DNA of 63,320 nucleotides, the filler included, from Cercozoa sp. M6MM (taxonomy: Eukaryota; Protista; Endomyxa: Ascetosporea), in the NCBI GenBank assembly GCA_040357565.1. It is 10 parts of 10 records of this genome, joined end to end, with 100 filler letters (N's around TTAATTAATTAA, not from the genome) between each part and the next. Parts side by side here need not be neighbours in the genome. Positions count along the whole stretch, not along the records: positions 55,233 to 56,968 come from JBDODJ010001937.1; positions 57,069 to 62,015 come from JBDODJ010001014.1; positions 62,116 to 63,320 come from JBDODJ010002115.1; 7 more parts are not named here. One strand, 5' to 3'. The notes beneath the pieces were generated by a model. The model was not told the DNA's origin, ran no database searches, and was given only the letters and a program-made list of their open reading frames with translations. Below are positions 55,268 through 63,320 of this stretch, in pieces (the first letter of the stretch is position 1; each line of letters starts with the position of its first letter). A program made the position numbers and the translations under genes.

Positions 55268-56583
55268 CGAACGCGGCCGCCGATGTTGTCGAACGAGGCA
55301 GCGAAGGAAGGGAACAGAACGGCCACGGCGCCGGCCTCCTCGGCCAGCTGCGCCACCTCCACCATCGTGCAGCTCTGTGCAGGGGGGTAACAGGGTAACA
55401 GAGGGGTAACAGGGGGGTAACAGGGTAACAGAGGGGTAACAGGGGGGTAACAGGGTAACGATAAAGGGGGGTAACAGGGTAACGGTAAAGGGGGGGTAAC
55501 AGGGTAACGGTAAGGGGGGCAAAACTTACGGCAGGCGACAGGAGCGCCACGATCTTGTTGGTTAGCGACGGCTGACGTTGCACGTCCTGAACACACGGGG
55601 GGGGGGGGGGGGGGGGGGTAAAGGGAGGGTAAGCAGGAGGGGAGTAAAGGGGCATACATCGTCAGTGCACAGCGTGTCGACGAAGACGACGTCGGCAGCG
55701 CCGTCGAACGACTCACCGCCGTAGCTGCACAACAACCACCGCAGCCTTAATTAAGGCTACAAAAAAGAAAAATTCACGAACGTACCGCAGACCGGCAAAG
55801 TCGCGAGCAAAGGCGTACTCCACAAGTGGCTACAATTAAGGGTGTGTACAGACACAAGAACATATCACCCTGTGCAGTGGATGTGTCTACCTGCGAGTTG
55901 GTATCCACCTGGCGCAGCACCGGCTTCTCTGCGGGAAGGTGATCAAAGGGTTAAAATGGTAAGGGGGGTAAACGAGTAAAGGAGGGCACCCTCGTCGAAC
56001 AGACGCGTGTGCACCGGCACCTCAAGCCACTGGTCCAGGGCGATCTCGTAGCCGGCCTGTACAAGCATGGTCAATCCAGTCCAGCTCGTGCACTATCCGA
56101 TTCAGTCCTAGTCCAGTCGATACCTCAATCAGGCGCTCCTTGACGTACTCGATCGACGCGTCGTAGCCCGTGAGAACAGCGCGGCTGCCGTCGTTCTCAT
56201 TCGCAATCTGCTGCAGGTTTCTGAGACACAACAATTTACTGAGACATCATGCGAGTACTGCAACAATCAGGGTACCGCAGGTGCGACACAGCGGCCTCGA
56301 TTTCGACCGAGAGAGCACCACGGGGACTCTCGTAAGTCACTTCAAGCACGCTAAAATTATATTTGCATCACACCGATTGCATCAAACATTTTATCGGAAC
56401 TGCAGTAGGAGCCCAGGGTACACAAAAAGCGTGACAAAGGCGATCACGACGGCCACGATCGCAGCAAACGTCTTTCTGAAGCCCTTGACCGAGTCGGCCG
56501 CTGTTTTTATCACAATAAAACAAGAGAAAAAGTGCGCAGCACAGAGCGACACTACCGTCATCGTAGCGGGAGTAACCACTCAT
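55268..56583 (-). CDS. PA-domain M28 aminopeptidase (Ape3/PaAP-like) with N-terminal signal anchor, 3' end cut off
   Basis: TFAAIVAVVIAFVTLFVYPG (TM), NLQQIANENDGSRAVLTGYDASIEYVKERLIE|AGY, and PA domain KIVALL..CTMVEVAQLAEEAGAVAVLF. Confidence 0.75.
55380..55528. repeat. Intronic telomere-like heterogeneous repeat (G3-7 TAAC[A/G])n
   Basis: ggggggtaacagggtaacagaggggtaacaggggggtaacagggtaaca.. Confidence 0.85.
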
Positions 56584-57068
56584 CTCGTGTGAACAGCACT
56601 GCAAGTGCACACGAAGCAAGCACAATAAACTGCAGCTCGCGGGCGCATGTGCGTTTTATTGCTTTATTTTTTAAGACCAAACAGCGCTCCATCTACAGCT
56701 GGTTTTTCGTACTGTATTGCTGACTGTACTAACTTTTGTATTACAGTGCTGCATCTACTGGGTAGTCACTGCTCCTTTTGTTCGCGATTCTTATACTTGT
56801 AGTCGTTCATAGTGTCGCTGAGGCTTTTGGCGTCGTCTTTTGTCAAAGCGAAACCTCGCACCGGCACGAATGCAGGAACACGGTTTTTGTAGTCTTTGAA
56901 GGCAGGGCCGTACACGATCGCCAGCTTTGCCTCCTCGTTCACGGAGCCAAAACTGTGGGGGGGGGGGGNNNNNNNNNNNNNNNNNNNNNNNNNNNNNNNN
57001 NNNNNNNNNNNNTTAATTAATTAANNNNNNNNNNNNNNNNNNNNNNNNNNNNNNNNNNNNNNNNNNNN

Positions 57069-57111
<43 letters not shown>

Positions 57112-57113
57112 AC

Positions 57114-57892
57114 ATCATGGACATGTAGGGTAGGAAAGCGTCCGTCTGCGTCGACAGCGTGCTCGTGATGACTGCGTCAATCGGCAGCTGCGCCTCCTGG
57201 TTGGTCGCATTGTGCGGGAACATTCCAGCGTTGGCGTTCTGAGTGCGGTCCACGCCCATGGTCAGGGCCATCGCCTGCATGGCAATGGGCATGTAAGTTT
57301 ACATGTCCAAACTGTTTTAAATTTAAACAACAAAGCACGGGTCAAACAACGAAGTTACCTCGGGAAGTTCCTTCTGAAGGTAGAGTGACATTGTAAAGTT
57401 CGCATGCGTGAAGTTCGATGGGAACTTCGACGTCTTGCCGACGCCTAAACAAGTGCAAAACATACAACATCAGTGATTTGGACCTTTTGACACCATGAAG
57501 TCTTGTACCATAGTGACCGTTCTGACATGTAACCTCGAGGGTCACCGGGTCGGGCTGCGAGATCGCGTCGTAGCGCTCAAAGTTGTTGTAACAGTCGTAG
57601 GGCAGGGCAGAAGTCCAGGCTGCCGCAGTGTCAATGTTCGGGTCGTAGACCAGCTCGAGATTGTCACCTGGCAAGATCTCGGGGTCATTGTTGATCTGGT
57701 CGACCACTAGCTTGGAAATGTTGTAGACCTATTCGACACACACAAGACAAAGTAATAAACACCTTGCCCTCCAGTATCGAGAAGGAGGTTTACCTCGAGC
57801 CACCGCCGAGTGCGATAAATGACACCGATCCGGTAGGTCTTGGCCGTGGTCTGCGCGAGCAGCAACAACGTCGCGACGTGAAGCAGCATCAT
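57114..57892 (-). CDS. Class C GPCR-like paralogue 2, N-terminal Venus-flytrap part only (cut by contig end)
   Basis: MMLLHVATLLLLAQTTAKTYRIGVIYRTRRWLE|VYNISKLVVDQINNDPEILPGDNLELVYDP..WTSALPYDCYNNFERYD..SKFPSNFTHANFTMSLYLQ..ALTMGV..FPHNA..TSTLS..YMSM is colinear with GPCR-1. The 7TM is not in the window. Confidence 0.82.
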
Positions 57893-58526
57893 CACGTCGC
57901 GCGAGCGAGACTGGAATTATGACACACGTGTCGAGTCACTCGTGTGACACACTGCACATGTGCCACACAAGCGAGTGTAAGTTACAGTGACTGATACGCA
58001 TCGGTTAAAGCGAGCTAGAGTTGCGACACCTTGTCCCTTCTGACGCTGACAAAGACACGTAAGACTCGCGAAGAAACGGTTTCACACACGGCCTGCCGCG
58101 CTGACAGGACACGCTGGAAACGCCTAAACTGAGCTCCTGAGCCTTGCCCGGACAGAAGTTGCGTCGTATAAGAGTGAGCAAGTGGAAAAACAACCCCGAT
58201 GAAGGGTTCGAACGACCAACGGAGTTGTTGGTCACTCGATAGTCTCGTGGTCGCGATGATTTGTCACCGCAGATCACAGCCACTCTGACCGTTTTTTCTG
58301 AAGAAACGGATACAGGGGTTCCGACTCATTCATTGCTCCTTTCCTCCAGACAACCGCCCACGCGTTTAAACGAGTTCTTAAATGATGCTCAACCTCTAGC
58401 AGCACCACCCCCGCACCTTTGCATCTCACTTTGTTTTGTTTTCTTTCTTATTGTTCCTCTCTACTACTACTGCCCAACACCTTGCACTCGTGCAATACTG
58501 TAACAACAACTGAACAACCATCCAAG
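57893..58526. promoter_or_regulatory. Putative bidirectional promoter between GPCR-2 and PGRP-2 (about 634 bp)
   Basis: Divergent ATGs at 57892 (-) and 58527 (+). Confidence 0.5.
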
Positions 58527-60124
58527 ATGAAGCTCCTCCTTTCGACTCTCGTTGCTTCCGCTGCTGCCGCCGGTCAGGTCGGCGACAAGTGCTCTGGTAA
58601 ATTAACAACTTATCACTTTCTGCACCTCATTTAGTTGCTTCACTTGGTGTTTGTTTTGTGGTGGTCTTGTTGTTTTTCCTTTTGTTTTCTCACGTTCTTC
58701 TTTTCATGATAATAACGTTCGCTTTGTCTTGCGCAGCCTGGGGTGTGATTCCCGACTTTGGCGCCGAAGCGTCGGCGGTCGAGCACTTCGTCCTGAACAC
58801 CGTTCCGTTCCAGGTACCCCTTAAGAGTCCTTCGTGAAGCTGAAGGTTGGCCGGAATGACATCCTATTGTGCCAACAGAGCCGCGCCGACTGGGGCGCGC
58901 GTGTCTGGAACGACGCTGGCAATGCTGGCTGCAACTGCGTCAACAAACTCACGGAGATCATCCCGCAGGCCGACGTGAACAAGATCACGATCCACCACAC
59001 TGCCTTTGGCGACGCCGATGCCGACCAGATCAAGCGCATTCAGAACGGCCACATGGACGGCAACGGGTGGTGCGACGTCGGCTACCAGCTGCTCATTGGC
59101 ACTGACGGCACCGTGTACCAGGTAGAACTGACTGCAGCTTTCCCCCTGGGTTGGGGTGTACGTACATGGAGGGATCTTTGCTTGCAGGGCCGTCCGTTCT
59201 GGAACGATGCCGAGGACGACAGCGCCTTCTGGCCGTCGGCCAACGCCACTCTTTCGGGTACCTCGTATTTATCTACTTTACATCAGATCAGGCCAACATA
59301 CCTCTGTATAATCAGATGTGTTCCTCGGCCCCAAGTCGCTCAACGACAAGCCCGTCAAGGGCGGTGCCTGGCCGTATCCGGGCTTTGTGATGGGTGCCCA
59401 CGCCCCGCCTAACTACGGTGTGTTCAACTGCTCTGTCGTGTGTCAAGTGGAAACATCACGAACAAGACTAAAATGTGCAGGCAACATTGGCGTGTCGCTC
59501 ATGGGCTGCTACGATGCCGAGGAGTGCGGCAAGGACGGCGCCGATCCGTACACGGGTCCGTTCTCGAAGGACTCGCCGCAGTACAAGTCGCTCGTGGCCG
59601 TGATTGCGCACCTGAGCGAGAACTACAAGGCCACGCTCAATGTCGACAGCGACGTCTTTGGTCACCGCGGTACACTCAGGACACCCGACCCTGTTTTGAT
59701 ATCTTGTATGTGCGATGTGACGACAGACCTGAAGAACACCACCGTGTGTCCGGGTGAGGTGCTCGAGCTCATCAGCAACGGCGATCTGGCTGCTGATGCC
59801 GCCGCGCTTGTGCAGACCGCGAACGACGCTCCCAGCACCAAGTAGTTCTTGCTACTTGCTTCCGACTGGTGCATGTATCAACACTGTATGCATGTTTGGT
59901 GTCCCACAGGTGCATGTGGACGCTGTTGCGCGACAAGCTCCCGTCGCAGATGCTCGGTACTTGAGTACCTCAGGAGCAATCAGATTAAGTTTGTCTGACA
60001 CTGTGTATCATCCTTATTGTTGTGCATAGGCATCAAGGACAGAATCTGCGAGCGCATGGCCGGCGACGACTGCGACGGTCTGCCCGTCATCTGCGGACCC
60101 AACATCTACAAGTACAACTTCTAG
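58527..60124 (+). CDS. Secreted PGRP-like N-acetylmuramoyl-L-alanine amidase, paralogue 2
   Basis: MKLLLSTLVASAAAA signal, SRADWGAR, ITIHHTA, GWCDVGYQLLIG, GAHAPPNY|GNIGVSLMG and FGHR|DLKNTTVCPG. Stop TAG 60122-60124. Confidence 0.92.
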
Positions 60125-60468
60125 AACTGCCGGGCCCGGGTGTGTCGTCATGTCGTCTGAGTCTGGCTTGGATTGCATCCTGCCGTCGTGTATTAATTGT
60201 ATCTTTGTTGTTAATGCAACCAACCTGAAGTGTATCCAACGCAATTCCAATAAACCGAACGGCAGTTCAGTTCAATTACTTTAGTTAGTTCGGTCTATTT
60301 TGACAGACACACTTATGCTGCAGCTTTAAGACTTACCGTGGCTAGTCTGCACCGCGCCTGACAGTGCACTCGCCTAGTGGTTTATTCAGTAGTATGTATG
60401 GTACTGTAATGCATGGTACTCATAGCGTATTCAAACTGAAAGCGCCGGCAGAACGACAGACTCGTCAG

Positions 60469-60775
60469 TCACTGAAGTGGTAGGGTCAGGCCTCGCGTGC
60501 TTCGGCTCGTGCACCGACTCGTTGCCGAGGTTGCTGCCGCAGAATGTCGCGGTGCACCGCTTGCAGCAGTTCCTCCTGCCGAAGTGATTCGATGTAAATT
60601 AAACACAGAGCAATGTACGCACGAGTGGGGTTGTAAATTAACATACACTGGGTTCGGGCTGCACAAAGACCGAGGGCGACACGTCGAAAGGCACCGGCAG
60701 TTTCTCCGCCTCTTTTTCCTCGACTTCTTTTTTCGCGGCTGCCTTCTCCTCCATGGATTCTCTGTCACACATGCA

Positions 60776-60812
<37 letters not shown>

Positions 60813-61900
60813 GGTTGTTGATATGTTAATGTCTCTATATGCAGTATACTATACAGTGTAAAAAGTATATGTGCAGATACTGTATACTATGTACAGACAG
60901 TGTAATCTCTGCTGCTCTATCCAGGGGAGAATCCACCGCAGTTCGACCGGCGGCGGAGGCCAGTGGCGTGCCGCAGCAGTCAGCAGCTGCTGGATCATCC
61001 ACTCGATGTGACCCCTCTCGCGCGTGGCTGTGTTGGCGTCCTGCAGTGCCAGAAAGTCGCTCATCAGGATGCCTTGTGTCGGTGTGCTAGCGTTGGTGCC
61101 ACTCGTGTCATCGCCGACAAAGAAGGCGAGTCCGTCGCGTTCGGGCGACAAGTTGACGGCATCAACGACCACCTTGAGCGACGGTGACAACTGCTGCCGG
61201 AACGAAGTCAGTCCGCGCTCGAACCACACGAAGCGTTGCGCCAGCACTCGGAGCCACTCCTTTCTGCTAGCAAGTGGACACGCATATGTGATTGTACTGG
61301 ACTATTCAATAAATAACCCAGGTCAAAAAAGGTCTGTCATACGACTGCAGTTGCTGCCGCAGCAGCTGTTCCTGCTGCTCGTGTATCTCGCGCAGTCGCC
61401 GCAGTCGCCGCTCGAAGAGTTCGTCGAATGCGCCAAAGTAGCGGCGAAGTTGTCTGCACTCACTCAGGCCAAGTTATGCCCTTCTTTAAAAAGAGTTGCG
61501 AGCTGAAATCGACACAGACTGAAATGAAAACTCACTGCAGTTGCAAGACCAGCTTGCCCCAGAACTCTGCAGCCTCCTGTTTTTGCGCGTCAGAAACGGC
61601 CGCGTGTTGCTCTGGATCGAGCTGCTGCAGCATGGTGTGCGGTGCCATGAAGAACGACTCACTTTGGAGTGCAAAGCGATTGACCATCTGACGGAATCGA
61701 TCAGACCGTAGCCAGGCACTCAGTTGACTCCAGTGGGAAAATACAAAAAGTGAACAAACCTGCGGGAGAGTGTCCAGGATGTTTCGCAGTGCCGTGCGCT
61801 GATCGAAAGTTGCCTGCATCGCCAGCGATGCCAATACAAAGTTGTGAAACTGCTCTTCGTCACTAACGGCAGTTTGCAGCACGAGAAAGCACGTGTCGGA
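60469..61900 (-). CDS. Hypothetical multi-exon protein, 5' partial
   Basis: Exon-like frames EEQFHNFVLASLAMQ.., FRQMVNRFALQSESFF.. and WLRVLAQRFVWFERGL... No family recognised. Confidence 0.35.
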
Positions 61901-61949
61901 GAGATCACTCACTCGTGCAGGTGTCAGTTTCTCCCTGCTTGCGGCCACA

Positions 61950-61989
<40 letters not shown>

Positions 61990-62116
61990 GCGCGCGCACA
62001 AGGGAGTGCCACAGCNNNNNNNNNNNNNNNNNNNNNNNNNNNNNNNNNNNNNNNNNNNNTTAATTAATTAANNNNNNNNNNNNNNNNNNNNNNNNNNNNN
62101 NNNNNNNNNNNNNNNC

Positions 62117-63320
62117 TTTGAACAGTTGAAAAAAGACATGCGGTCCGCTCACACCATTTGCAGTCAAGACAAACACTGGCAGACCGACTACAAAACGGGT
62201 TTAGAGCAACTGAACAAGGTCAAGCTTGGTGATCATCTGGTCGCAGAACAAAAGAGTCAACTCCGTTCACTCTTAAAGCAGTTTGCTGAAGTCTTTTCGT
62301 TTCCTCGCACGATGTATACGAAGCCCGCGCATGTTGAAATGAAAGCAGATGCAAAACCTTCGGTGGTGAAACCTCGATTCCGATCACCTAAAGTTGAAGC
62401 TCTGGCAGACAAGCTCTTCGAACAATACCTTGAGGAAGGAGTAGCCAAGCACGTCTTGAGTCCATGGCTAAGCGAAAACGTGTACGTCCGAAAACACGAT
62501 GGTTCTATTCGGGCATGCACCGACTACTCCACGTTGGTGAATCCACAAACAAAGCCAATGAGCTGCGTAATTCCCCGCTCGCGTGACATCTTTGCAGCCA
62601 TGTCACATTTCTCCATTATGTTCCGTCTTGATGCGACAAGAGGTTTCTGGCAAGTTCCGATTGACGAAGCTTCACAAGAGATTTTCGCCTTTCGAACCCG
62701 CAGGGGGCCATTGACGTGGACTCGTCTCCCCTTTGGGTGGGTGAATAGTCCGATGGTCTTCCAAGAGATCATGAACACCACCTTCTCCGAGCTACTTTGG
62801 AACTCTCTTTTCATCTACATCGACGATATCATTGGTGGAGCCAGCTCTTTCGATCAACTGCTAGCAAGGCTGTATCAAGTGTTTACGCGTTGTCGACGAG
62901 TCCGACTTCGGTTGAACCCAACGAAGTGTGCTCTTGCAGTTTTGTCTACCGAAATATTGGGCTTTCGGATTGACCTGCGGCAAGGCACACGATCGATTAG
63001 CCCTGCTCGCGTCGACGCCATCAGCAACTTGCAGTCACCCACGAACAAATCAGAAGTCAGGTCCGCTTTGGGCGCCTTCACATTCTTCCGTGACTTCATC
63101 GACAAATTCTCTGACATTGCGCTGCCACTCACGCACCTATTGCGTGACAACACTACATTCTCATGGTCAGAAGTCGAGCAAGTCGCCTTTGATGCACTCA
63201 AAAGGTCGTTAATCGCAGCACCAGTCTTGTCACTACCCCGTTCCGATCTCCCATTTGTTCTCGCTTTCGACGCAAGCGACACCGCAACGGGCTATGTCCT
63301 CATGCAACATCACGAGGACG
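62117..63320 (+). mobile_element. Ty3/Gypsy LTR-retrotransposon pol (RT + start of RNase H), frame open to the window end
   Basis: SPWLSENVYVRKHDGSIRACTDY, LDATRGFWQVP, RLPFGWVNSP, YIDDII, LNPTKC, ILGF, FDASDTATGYVLMQ. No stop seen in about 400 codons. Confidence 0.93.

Overview
Eukaryotic, very intron-dense genomic DNA, probably from a protist; the organism cannot be named from the sequence. Introns are mostly short (about 45-120 nt) GT-AG introns. The window is about 10 contigs joined by artificial spacers (N-run + TTAATTAATTAA + N-run), so adjacency is only meaningful within a contig, and most of the six-frame ORF track is noise. Gene models were spliced by eye and families recognised from remembered motifs, not from searches. 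Recognisable genes: penicillin/cephalosporin/AHL-acylase (3' part), two secreted PGRP-type peptidoglycan amidases, two GABA-B-like class C GPCRs, an AGC-like pseudokinase, a CNNM Mg2+ transporter, telomerase reverse transcriptase (TERT), ADAT3/Tad3 (last exon), a second kinase, an ALK/LTK-ectodomain-like glycine-rich protein, a PH-domain protein, Nop9, an ankyrin/coiled-coil protein, a secreted CE4 polysaccharide deacetylase and a PA-domain M28 peptidase. Mobile elements: a DIRS/Ngaro-type tyrosine-recombinase retroelement and a Ty3/Gypsy pol. Main finding: the same head-to-head pair, a secreted catalytic PGRP amidase plus a Venus-flytrap class C GPCR sharing a 0.6-0.7 kb divergent intergenic region, occurs twice on separate contigs as diverged paralogues. 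It is a candidate peptidoglycan cut-and-sense module for detecting bacteria. Secondary findings: telomere-like C-rich introns restricted to certain genes, and intron gain/loss between the paralogues.
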